A DNA stretch of 63,814 bases, the filler included, from Rozella allomycis CSF55 (Eukaryota), in NCBI GenBank assembly GCA_000442015.1. It is 6 parts of 6 records of this genome, joined end to end, with 100 filler letters (N's around TTAATTAATTAA, not from the genome) between each part and the next. Parts side by side here need not be neighbours in the genome. Positions count along the whole stretch, not along the records: positions 19,791 to 47,905 come from KE560886.1; 5 more parts are not named here. One strand, written 5' to 3'. The position numbers and the translations under genes were made by a program. Under the pieces are notes generated by a model. The model saw nothing but the letters and a program-made list of their open reading frames with translations. It made no database searches and was not told where the DNA came from. Shown in pieces: positions 23,601-34,910 of this stretch. Each line of letters starts with the position of its first letter. Positions within the stretch are counted from its first letter, which is position 1.

Positions 23601-26600
23601 CTCTTTCAAAAATTGTAATTTCAATTCTTTATCAATAACTTTAAACTCATTTTGATGATTAACAATAATTTCAAAAGCTTTTTCATAACACTTAGCATTT
23701 CTAAAACAAAGAAGAGAATTGTCGTAATCTTGAATTTTCAGAAACAAATTTCCAGCCTTAACAAAATCATCAGCATTGAAGAAACATTCAGCTGCCAATT
23801 TAAATTCATCAATTTTTTCAAATTCAATAGCAGCCTTCTTCAACAATGATTGTTTTTGATTTTTAGATAAGCTTTTGGATTCCAATTCATAAATTTTAGC
23901 CTGACAATAAGAGATTTTATAGACATTATCAGTATTTTTAAAGCAATTCAAAGCTTGAACATACATTTCTTTATTAAAGAATTCATTGCCTTTTTTATTC
24001 CATTCACTGTCAGAACTTTTAACCGCCAAAGTGTAATTTTTATTTTCATATTCAGCCAATTTAAAATTTATTAATAGATTGAAAAAATACAATGAATTTT
24101 CACTTGTATCAAAAAACACTAGAAGATTTTTAGCCCTGGTTATTCCAACATACAGAAATTTTAAATCATTAAAAAAAGTTGAATTATTTGAATGCTCAAA
24201 GTTAGAATTCTTTCCTTTAAAATAAGTATTCATTTTTTCAGCAAAATTTTCATTTAAATCTTCTTGAACAATTTTATCTAAAATTGTTAAATATCGCCAT
24301 TTATTCTCCAATAAAGAACTTTTAAAGAAATCGAAAATTACAACATCAGAAAATTCTAAACCTTTGGATTCAGTAATTGTTAAAACTTGAGCCTTTTTAT
24401 TATTTTCTTCAAGAATTCTTTCCAATTCCTTCTTTTTGAATTCATCTTTAACAAGAATGACTTGATCAGCCCCAAGTGAATTAGAATCTCCATACAAATA
24501 GATCAAGAAATTCTCAATGTTTCTGTGATTTAATATTGTTGGTTTCATTGTAGAATTAATAGCTCCAACTTCATCCTCCAATTTATCAATCTCAGATGGA
24601 AAAAAGAAATGAATTAATCTAGTTACGAAATTTCCTACTTTTAAAATGTTGGCTTGAGATCTAAAATTCTTCTTCAATTGAAACAAGTGCGGCAAAATAG
24701 ACGAATTGTTGTAATCATTCTTATTATCAGCAATAAAATAATAAAACAAATCTTTAATTATTTCAAATTTAAATATATTTCCTTCAGTGATACATTGAAC
24801 TTGATCACCAGCCAATGTAAACAAGGTTTGATTATCTCTTCTCATCAATAATTTAATTAACGCCATTTGAATCGGCAATAAATCCTGGATTTCATCAATG
24901 TAAATATAATCAAACACGGCTAAATTGTCATTTTGATGCAATTGATTAAACAAATGAAAACAAATATCTGAAATATCAAAATCTCCATTTTCATTTTTAT
25001 TTTTTTCATACTTTAAATAAAGTTGATAAATTTGTTCATAATCTACCTTGTTCAATTTACTCCTCCTAGTCTCGCCCTGTTTAATATATTTTGACATTTC
25101 CAAACATCTTTTATTCTCAATTAAATTATTGAATGATCCTTTAATATAAAACATTATTTCATTAAAAATATTTAAAGCTTCTGATTTTGTCTTACCTTTG
25201 AAATATTTTCTATGAAATTTCTCAAATCCAACAAAATTGTTTTCAAATGATTTCAAGTTGTTTCTTTTTAATTTATTCACGCTACTTGCATTTCCTTTAC
25301 CAACGCTCATTCTCATTTTATACTTTTCATATTCCAATTCGTTCATCAACATTCTATCTTCACAAAATGAATCTAAATAGATCAATAACCGCTTAAAAGA
25401 TAAGAATTTCGCATCAGATTCAATATTCATTTTCTTGATTTTATTAATCTTTGATATTTGCATTTCATATTCCTCTTTTACATTTCTGCAAAGGATTTCA
25501 CTTGCAGTTAAAAATAATTGCTTTCCATTCAAGTGTGACTTGAAATTATTAAAACTGACACAAAGCAATCTCCTTGATATAACACTAGTTTTGCCCGTTC
25601 CACTTCTACCAACGATAATCAAATTCTTTTTGTATTTAACAATCTTATTTTCTGTATCTTCCAACAAGTAAGGCAACTCTTTATAATCTTCAAAGTTATT
25701 CTCCAATAGAAATTCCAACGCTTCTGAATTTAAGGAATAGATTTTGCAGCTCAGATTTGATTCTTTTGAATTAGTTAAATTGGCTTGTGCTTGATCCACA
25801 CAGTCAAACCTTTTTATCCCTGTAGTCTCTGCCAAATCAAATCTGTTTGGATAAATTATTCTATTCTCATCCAAAACTAATTCACAAAAACATAAATTCA
25901 AATATTTTATGCTAAATTTATTAATGTTCTTTTTAAAAATTTCAAATCCTTTATATATTTCAGTTCCACTGATTAAATCCAACACTTCCAGCACTTGAAT
26001 TCTTTTATTCAAATCAACACCAATCGTCCAAACTATCTTTTTATTATCTCCAATGTCCTTCGCATAAAATATATTCCCTGCTTTATATTTTTCTTTTATC
26101 ATTTCCACACTATTAATATATGGTCTGTTATTGATCCCGCCAAAATTTCCTCGTGTCAATCCAATAATGAAATTAATCGCATTTCTCTTGATCAAGACTT
26201 GTTCTTTACTAATCTTCTTTAACGCATTGTCAACACTTCTCAAACTCCAAATTCCCTTCACATTTACCACTTTATTATTAATCAATTTCATTATTTCAAA
26301 TCTGTTTTCACTCTTCTCAATCTCTTGTATCATTAACCCATTCATCTTCTTGTTCCATAATTCTCTCAAATTAGCGGGAAAGGATTCATATATTGTATTC
26401 ATAGCAAAAAACGAACTCGTTGACATTACCATTCTCATCATATCCGTCCACAAATTAGACGATGAAAATGTATTCGCATCTCCAAACACCCATAATGCTC
26501 TTCTAGCTCTCGTTATAGCTACATTCATTCTCTGCGCATCCTCAACAAACCCAATCTCTTGCTGTGGATTAGATCTTGTCAATGACAATATTATTATATC

Positions 26601-28669
26601 CCTCTCATGTCCCTGATATGCATCAACAGTCCCGACATCAATTTCCTTTTCAACGCCAATCATTCTCATTGCTTCTTTAAAATCACCCATCTTTTCTTTA
26701 AATATTTCCACTTGATAACTGTATGGGCAGATTATGCTAATGGTGTCCTTTTCTTTTGGATAACAACTCACAAAATAAGACAAAAATGCTAAAATATGGT
26801 TTGCTTCAATTAAATTCCCCTTCGATCCGCTCAATGAACTATTTTCCATAGAATTGAAATGATTTATAAACATCAAAGGCTTGAAATACTTGGAGTCATA
26901 CCACTCGCATTTATAATTCAACACCTTCTTCGAATTCTTCAATTCGTTATCATAGAATGCCTTAGATGCAAATTTCACAATGTCTTTGTGCATTCTAAAT
27001 TGCTCTTTCAACATCACTACAGATTCGAATCCACTCCTTAACAATCTTTCAAAAAAGCTTGTCGCTCTTCCACTATCACGAATATCTTGAGATTTGCACA
27101 ATCCTGGTAACTGCTTTTCATCTCCTACAAGTGTAATCGACTTGATTCCATTGCGCAATAAGCTTAGTATCTCCCATTCCAAGCATTGACTGGCTTCATC
27201 CACAATCACCCGTCCACATTTTTCATTTATTAACCTTGAAGATAATGATGAACTCAAAGTACAAACATATATGGATGCTATTTAACGCTAAATAATTGAG
27301 GTACCATATTTTATGTAGTCTTTGGATATGTCAATATAGTCCTTCTTTTTACTGATCCTTGTTAATACATGTGATATATTCCACAAGTCATACAACGATA
27401 TTTCACCGTTTTCAAACTTTGTAATCGATTTTTTTATGCCATCAAATAGAGTTTTATGCTTAGTTATCACATTTTCATATCTCAAAATCTGCATTAGATT
27501 GTCCTCCATTGCTGCATACACATCATTTAAATTTTCATAATGTACAATACTGTCACGTTGAAGTAAATTCGTTATCAAGTCTGTCGCTATCGTTATTGTT
27601 CGAAAATATTCATTTATTCTCTCTTCCAACAAATACGGTCTTGTATCAGCATTCATTAATTCGATCAAAGTATCATATCTTCCAACTAACACTATCTTGA
27701 ACGGATCAATATTAAGCTCCCGGATGATTTTATTCAATAAACACACAACTGCGACATTTGTTTTGGCGGTAACCAAAATTGTTTCACCTGGAAAAAGATT
27801 TACTAGCCCTTCAATAATACCAACAATAGTTTGCGATTTTCCTGTTCCAGGAGGTCCCTTTACAAGCGAAATAGTGTTGCTATAATTAGCAACTACGGAC
27901 ATTTTATTGCCTCACGCTGCTCTTCATTCGCATTGTCGTATATTGCAGATTTAGATAATTCATAATTAATATGGTTCCGAGGTGCAACAAAAGGACTCTT
28001 GTAATGATCAACTCCATTCAAAACAATATTGCGTATGGAAGAAGGTATCAAATTTCTCTCGAACATCAAGGATCGTAAGAATCGAAAACCCGGACAAAAA
28101 CCAGCTATTGGAAGCAAATATCCTTCCTTAAATTGGCGATAATTATCACTTTTGTACATTATTTCCAATTTAAACTGCACAATCACTTGGGCTTGGGCAT
28201 CATCATTTGGAACTTGACGCTGGCCATATCCATAATTCTCTTGATCAATGATAAGAATGCCTATTATATGATTAGAAGTATAGAAATCTTCAAATCTCGC
28301 CACCCTTTCTTCTGATAGACAAACTAAATCCATATGCATGATCTCAGGCAACTCTTCGGAAAAAACAAAGCTTATCCTGGACTCATCCTCTCGCAACGAA
28401 AATGGAAAAGATTGACGATAAGTACTAGACTTGGACAAGTTTTCAACCACTTCAGTTCTCATTTCTTCTTTCACCAGAACAGACATGTAATCACACATCC
28501 CTTTAATAGATCCATACTCATCATTCAAGATTTTCGCTCGATAGTCTTTTTTGCAAAATGCGGGTATTCCATCACGCAAAAAGTTAAAGATTTTTTCCAC
28601 AGTCATATTTTCTACCCCTGCTTTTCTCGACGCGAAAATATATAAAAGATCAGTTGAGAAATCTCGCAA
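20688..28669 (-). CDS. Giant dual SF1 helicase: Upf1/Sen1-like helicase + RelE-like linker + UvrD/TRANK1-like helicase + TPR + low-complexity C-terminus
   Basis: First helicase GPPGTGKS, VDEASQ, VGDEKQL, QFRMH, TVDAYQGHERD, RMNVAITRAR; second GRSGTGKTS, YIDEIQD, AGDQVQCI, LKKNFRS, TITESKGLEF, LYVGITRAK; then TPR-like WNKKGNEFF...AAECF. One 27-nt intron near 27268-27294; frameshift near 27900; start uncertain. Confidence 0.85.
22420..22650 (-). repeat. Coding minisatellite-like repeats inside the helicase gene
   Basis: KDDNKQVNVAKV occurs twice and CSDTV three times here (once more near 22235). Confidence 0.8.
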
Positions 28670-28896
28670 TCTACTATCTTGGATCTATGGAAATTTATCG
28701 AGCTTGATTCTCAAGTTCAGGTAGAAAGCGGAGAAAAAAATAGAATTAAAGGCATAGAATCATGATGTAGTCGTAAACTCGTAATGCTAAATTGTACGTT
28801 GGTGACACGAACCATGAATCCATGAGAAATAATGGATCGTGTTTTTAAAATAAATCATACTATATTGACTAAGATGAAAATTTTTATTTGATAACG

Positions 28897-29769
28897 CTAC
28901 AAAAATTTCTTTTTGCGTCTTGATGTATCTTCGTCGTCACTAATTTCGTCCTTAACTTCGGAATACTTTGAATCCCACTCACAAAACTCTGAATTTAACT
29001 CCAAGTTTATGTCACCCCAGTTATTCTTGCTTTCATCTGATAAATGCAGTTTCTCGAATTGATGATCAAGCCTTTTCACTTGGTAAAAAGGATCATTGGC
29101 GACCTGAAAGTTTCGCTTTAACTTTCCAAACTTGGAATGCCGCTTGAGAATGGTATATTTTTCTTTATCTGGAAATGGATTACGATTTAGAATATCAAGT
29201 TCCTTTTCTAAAATCATCAGATCAGAATTTGAAAGATTCGGAAGCTGAACAGATAAAACTCGGTTTACAGTCAACAATTTTTTGGCTATTCCTTCAATTG
29301 TACTTTAATGAGCCAACATGCATTATTGTTACTCTGCCATAATCAAAGGACTTGCAAAAGTAACAGGCTCCTTACAATGAAGAAAGGGTCGAAACATGTC
29401 TAAAAGCTTTTTCCCTTCTTTGTACTTAAACCTCCAATAGAATAAAACTATGCACTTTGCAAACCTATATTTCCGTGACTTGTGTCATTACGGTGTTTCC
29501 GCTTTTGACATTAGTTGTCGAGACTTTTTATCAGTAAGATTCTTATTTTTTAATAGCGAGTGCAATAGAACCAATGGATACAATGGCTGTTCTCTTCCAT
29601 CTGGATGGATCTTGGTGAATTCTAGGCTTGTTATAGTATCAAATTCTTCGGATATTGATTGTACCGAGTTCATTTCACTAATTAGACATTCATGGGAATA
29701 TTACACTAAACTTGAGAAAGTTGTTCCGCCCTCAATTGCTTTGACCAAGCTTAGGTTTGTGGGATACAT
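28897..29769 (-). CDS. Divergent PRP38-family (PRPF38B-like) splicing factor, multi-exon
   Basis: Hand-spliced LVLLHSLLKNKNLTDKKSRQLMSKAETP|FAKCIVLFYWRF...LLDMFRPFLHCKEPV...TIEGIAKKLLTVNRVLSVQLPNL follows the PRP38 domain layout (SPYIRALGFxYxRY...TIGE...LLT...LPRI). Confidence 0.55.
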
Positions 29770-29862
29770 ATTCAAAAGCTTGAAGTTTAAAAGTGATCTA
29801 TGTGATTAAAAGACAATTAAAATTATAATCAATAGTACGCTAAGGCAAAAATTCTTTATTTG

Positions 29863-32201
29863 TCACTGTTCCTTTATACTTGAATCGGACAAACTTATAT
29901 CGTCATCGTCGAATTTGTTCACTTTTGTCAAGTTTCTTGTTTCTTCTTTGAGAATATTTTTAAAGTCTTCGTGTCTTTTCTGAAAGTCTTTAATTTGATT
30001 TTGTGCTGCAAGATTTAGAGTATTTATGTTTTGTCTTTGTAACCTCGATTTAATTTTTTACTGTAATAGTTTTATTTCGCTATCTTGTTTTTGAATTATG
30101 TCTTTATAGTCATTAATTTGATTTTGAAATAGATTTAAGGATGACTTATACTTGGATTTGACCTAATTTTTTGAGTTACAGAAGATTGATACTTTTTTAA
30201 TTAATACGGTGAAATTTTCGAGCTCTTTTTTACTATTTGACAGCTCCTTTTCAGTTAAAGCGAGTTTGATTTCTAATTGATCCTTTTCTTTTTGGATTTG
30301 AGACTAAATATGCCAGCTATACAGTTTACTTTTAGTTTCTTTGTTGTGATTCTAAAAGCCTCTTTCTCATTTACGGCGTTTCTTTTAGAAACCCGGAGGT
30401 TTTCGTTTAGAGCATTGCATTCATTTCTGAGCAAATTAATTTGACTCTGAAGTTCAGATTCTTGAACTTTAAATTCATTAAGGATGCTTAAGTATTCGTT
30501 ATTTTGCTTTTGAAGTTCGTTCAAAGCCTCCTCCTTTTTAGTCACAGAGTCTTGAAACTCTATTAATTCATTCTTGAGTTTTTCCACTTGGAATTTAGCA
30601 TTTTGATTGTCATTTTCAACGTTTCGGAGCTGTGCCATCAAACTCTTTTCGTTTTCTTGGGCATGTTTAAGATTACTTTCCAAGACTTGCAAATCTTGCA
30701 TGCTTTTTATTTTGATTTCATCAATTTTTTTCATTAACTATTTATTGCAAATATTAGATTTTACTTGCTCCTTTTCACTAATTATTGTTTGAGTTTTCCT
30801 TGATTCGTCTTCTCTTGCCGCTCGAACTTTGGAGTACATTTCTGCTTCGGCATCTTTCAATCTCTCTTTGAGTTCAATCTCAAACAATTCACACTGCTTT
30901 AATTTTCTGATTATGTTTAGAAAAATATCACTACGATTTGAGATCCTGGATAGACCTGGTTGATTGTATCAATTTCTGCTCCCATTCTGACCTCTCCTTA
31001 CTGAAATCGATCTTAGCATTTCCCATTTGTAGACTAATCTGAAACTGAATTATTTATTACTTGGATTGATGAATTGTTTCTTCCAAACGACTCTCCATTT
31101 TGCATCGCTCTTTCTTTTCTTTGCTTAGTTCATCATTTAGCTGATCAAATTGTTTTGTTAAGCGCTGCAAATCTTCTTCCAAATTTTTCGCCTGTCAAGG
31201 TATTAATAAATTTATTACCTTTGTTATGTAGCCGTTCTTTTCATGCTCACAGTTCTTAAGACCTAGGGAAAAGTCGTCGTTTGATCTTTTAAGGGCACGC
31301 AGATCCAAAGATAAATCGTTAATTTGTTTTTCTTTAGCAGCTCTTTTTTAAATGTAGTGGATACTTTACCTAACTTCAGTTAATTCTGACTCCAATGCCC
31401 TGCACTTGGCTCTTAGCTCGTTATTTTCCATTGATATCTTATTAAATTTCTCTTCATCATTTAATTCGCCTTTTTTGCAAATATATTAGCGTTTACTAAG
31501 CGATTTTTCCAACATTTGAACTCTTGTTTCCATGAGTTTCAATTCTGTTTCATGTTGCATCGAAAGTTCTTCTATGTTAGACTCAAATTCAATTTTCTTT
31601 TTTAATCACAACTATAATTTACCTGTTTTTCTATTTCTGTTAAAGTATATTCCAGTTCCCGCTTTGTCTCAAAGAACATTCCCCGGTATTTGTCAACCTC
31701 TTGTTGCACTACTAGCCATTTCTTTTTGCCCGCTTCTTCTAGTTCATTCATAACCTGTAGTCGAAAGTTTTCAATATCTCCATTATTAATTCGTCCCAAA
31801 TTTGATGCTTCAAATTCTTGCTTTAAATTTTGCAATTTCTGCAACCATTGCTGGTCTAGTCGGCTAAGCTGGTCGTCTTTGGCGCTCTATTAGCTATAGT
31901 TTAATGCAGTTACTAATTCTTGATTCAATCTTGATATCTCATTTTCTGCCGAATCTAGGTCATGATTAAACTTTATGTTAGCTATTTTCAATTCATCAAA
32001 ATTTGATTTTAAATTTTCATTATCAGACCGGAGTTTATTCACAATATCTAATGCGATGTCCAGGTCACGTTGAGTAACCTCATTTTCTCGAGTCAACGAA
32101 TCAATTTTGTGCCTCAAAGTCTGAATATTGAAAGCATTAGTTTTCATTAGTTCAGAATTTGCTTTTTCTGGCAAAATGGCATTTTCCAATGCTGTTGACA
32201 T
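29863..32201 (-). CDS. Coiled-coil centriole distal-appendage protein, CEP83-like, multi-exon
   Basis: Long heptad coiled coil; ENFRLQVMNELEEAGKKKWLVVQQEVDKYRGMFFETKRELEY resembles the recalled CEP83 block RxQxxxELE...EVEKYR. Start uncertain. Confidence 0.6.
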
Positions 32202-32325
32202 GTGTTCAGCAATTAACAAGGTTTATAAATCAAAACAAAAAATCAATATATTTGTAACCGAAATATTTTAAAGAAATTAATTAGTTTTAATCCAATAGAA
32301 GTGGTAGGGAAGTTAAGAATTTTCG

Positions 32326-32859
32326 ATGTTCTACCGGAGTGATTTGATTCTCACAACAAGATTTTTAACTATGTCAATTCATTTTGCGTTGGCTACATCA
32401 CTATATTTTAGCAAGGTAGAACAAATTATCACATATTTCAGGGTATTAATATAAAAACGTCCTTACCAATTGTGTATTCTACTGATCAATATTCAGCTGC
32501 AAATGATGTGTAAATGGCTTAATAATATATTATACAGAGTGCTTTCTTATATCATTTTTGCGTGGGTCTCATTTTTGATATTGTTTCTTTGTTTCTTCAC
32601 AGGAATTTCCATGTTTCGATATAACTTGAGTGTACTACGTAAAAAATGCGATAAAAAGTTAAAAGACTCATTCTTCCACATTATGGGGATCATATTTCTG
32701 ACTTTGCACAATACAAAACCATGGCCTTATGAGGTGGGTTGGTATATTGTAGGTCCGACAAGGTAATGGTTTGAAAGAAATTAGAATAGCGGTATACCAG
32801 TCCTATTGGAAATATTTTATGCCTATACAACTGTTATTTGTAGAAAAGGATATATATAA
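32326..32859 (+). CDS. TMEM107: Ciliary transition-zone protein TMEM107
   Basis: Spliced: LILTTRFLTMSIHFALATSLYFSK...NIKTSLPIVYSTDQY...CFFTGISMF...FHIMGIIFL...WPYEVGWYI...IPVLLEIF, four TM segments. Confidence 0.85.
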
Positions 32860-32881
32860 AATAAACAGAATTTAATAATAT

Positions 32882-33483
32882 TTAAACAGAGGCCTCACTT
32901 GGAGAGCGGTTGCGGTTAAAACGTTCATTGGTTTCACTTGTGTTCTTTGGGCTTGCACTTCTTGAACGATCTCTTTCTTCACGTTCTGTTTTTCTCCCAG
33001 TGGATCTAGAACGAGATCTTTGAACCTCGAGCAAATTTTTTACCTTGGGCGATAGCGATCATCTCTTCTGTCATCTGTGTCTCTACGATGTCTATCCCTA
33101 TCACGTCTGGGAGACCTTGAACGACTATTATGAAATTTAAAATATATTACCCTCTAAAGCTTCTTCTTGATGATGACGGGCATTTGGCACTTACATGGCC
33201 AATACCATCACAGTTGTAGCACCTGAACTCACGTTTTCTACCCTTTGCCCATTCCACGTTTATTTTTTCTCCTTTTAGGTCAACATTATGACATTTCTTG
33301 TAAGCTTCTTCAGCATCTTCATGCTGATCATACTCGATAAATGCATATCCTGCCTAAAACGGATGTCATTCTCATACCACGCAAAAGTTTTATCTTTATA
33401 ATTTTTCCATATTTTCCAAATAACTCGTCCAAGTCTTTTTCCATTACTGAATCGTGCACACTCCCAACGAACAAAACTCTCAT
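32882..33483 (-). CDS. SR splicing factor with RRM + CCHC knuckle + RS tail (SRSF7/9G8-like)
   Basis: MRVLFVGSV...LFGKYGKI...AFIEY...INVEWAKG, CYNCDGIGHVSAKC, then RS/RD dipeptides. Confidence 0.88.
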
Positions 33484-33763
33484 TTCCGTTTTTCGAATGA
33501 AAATTCTGAAATTTCAGAGAGTTAAGGGATCGAATCTAATAAGGTACACATACTCACTACTGTATTATTGGGATAAAATAATTATAAATTGACTGGAATA
33601 AAAGCAAAAATGAAAATTAGCCAGCTTTTTAATATTAAATGAACTTGCAATCTAATCTTGAAATTTTGTTTTNGGAATAAAAGCAACAATGAAAATTAGT
33701 TAGCTTTTAATGTTAAAAGATTAAAGAACTTGCAATCTAATCTTGGAATTTCGCTTTATTTCG

Positions 33764-34779
33764 TTATAGCTTTTTAAATTTTCCCTGTAACCAAACTCTA
33801 TGCATTTGTAATTTCCGTTTTCTATTAACTAGTAGACGAGTGTCAATTTTCAGATCCAATTTTTCAAAGTCGCCAAACAACTCTGAGACTTTTTCTTGTG
33901 TGAAGTAATAGACACAAGTTCCATCGCCTCTTACGTAAAAATCTTCATCCAGCAGTCTATCCTTTTTGAATCGTAATTGAGTGAGATCATACTTCCCGTA
34001 ATCTCTGAATAGAATGACACCACCCGGTTTTAAAAGCCTAGCTAGTTTTGCAATAGCGATAGCCTGTCTATTCGGTGAAAGAGCTGATAACACAAAAATA
34101 AGAGTAATGACATCAAGTGATTCCGGCTCTATTTCATCAATCGCAGCATCCAATGACAAATCATGTACAAAAGCATGACACTTTGATGGATCATATTTTG
34201 CATTATTCTATTACAAAACAAATAAAAATATTACTTTTAAAACAGATACAGCTTGATGTGAAAAATCAAAAGCATAGAAAAAGTTGTCATGCCCATCTTG
34301 TTTCATTTCGACTAACGGGAACAGGGTATTGCCAANGCCCATCTTGTTTCATGTCAATCAACGGGAACAGGGTATTTCCAACACCGCAACCGGCTTCAAG
34401 AATTCTGCATGGTTTCTAATATTAAATAAATTGTATTGATACATTTTGAAACAGTTCTGGAAACTCTCTGGTTAGCCATTTTCTGTCTTTGAAAAATCTG
34501 TTTTCATGAACACTGTAAAATGCATCCCAAAAAGACGCAGATTTTTGTATAAAATCCACTTTTAATGTTTGAATAATTATTTTACATTTTTTCTCGTCGT
34601 TTACCGGATTTTCTTTTTGTTTGATGATGATTCTGTTCGCCTCTTCTATTTCTTCTTGTTTAAAGGTTACATTGTCCCTGAATGATGGAGATTGTAAGAA
34701 TATACCAAACGTTGTGATCGAAAACGTTTTCTAAATTTTCGAGTATTCTGTTTCCAAAAGGTTTTTCTTGTGGGACCAT
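33764..34779 (-). CDS. TRM140: tRNA m3C32 methyltransferase (TRM140/METTL2 family)
   Basis: FGNRIL..VFDHNVW, FWDAFY..HENRFFKDRKWLTREFPEL, ILEAGCGVGNTLFP, FRDYGKYDLTQLRF, YVRGDGT, VNRKRKLQMHRVWLQGKF. Confidence 0.93.
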
Positions 34780-34910
34780 TTTTGCGCTAGCCACCGCGAT
34801 TACTTAATGTACAAAGTTAATGATAAAATGCGTTGATTACAGAATTATTTAATTACAATATTAAAATATTTCAACAAATTATTTACTTCAAAAATATTGA
34901 AACACTTTTA

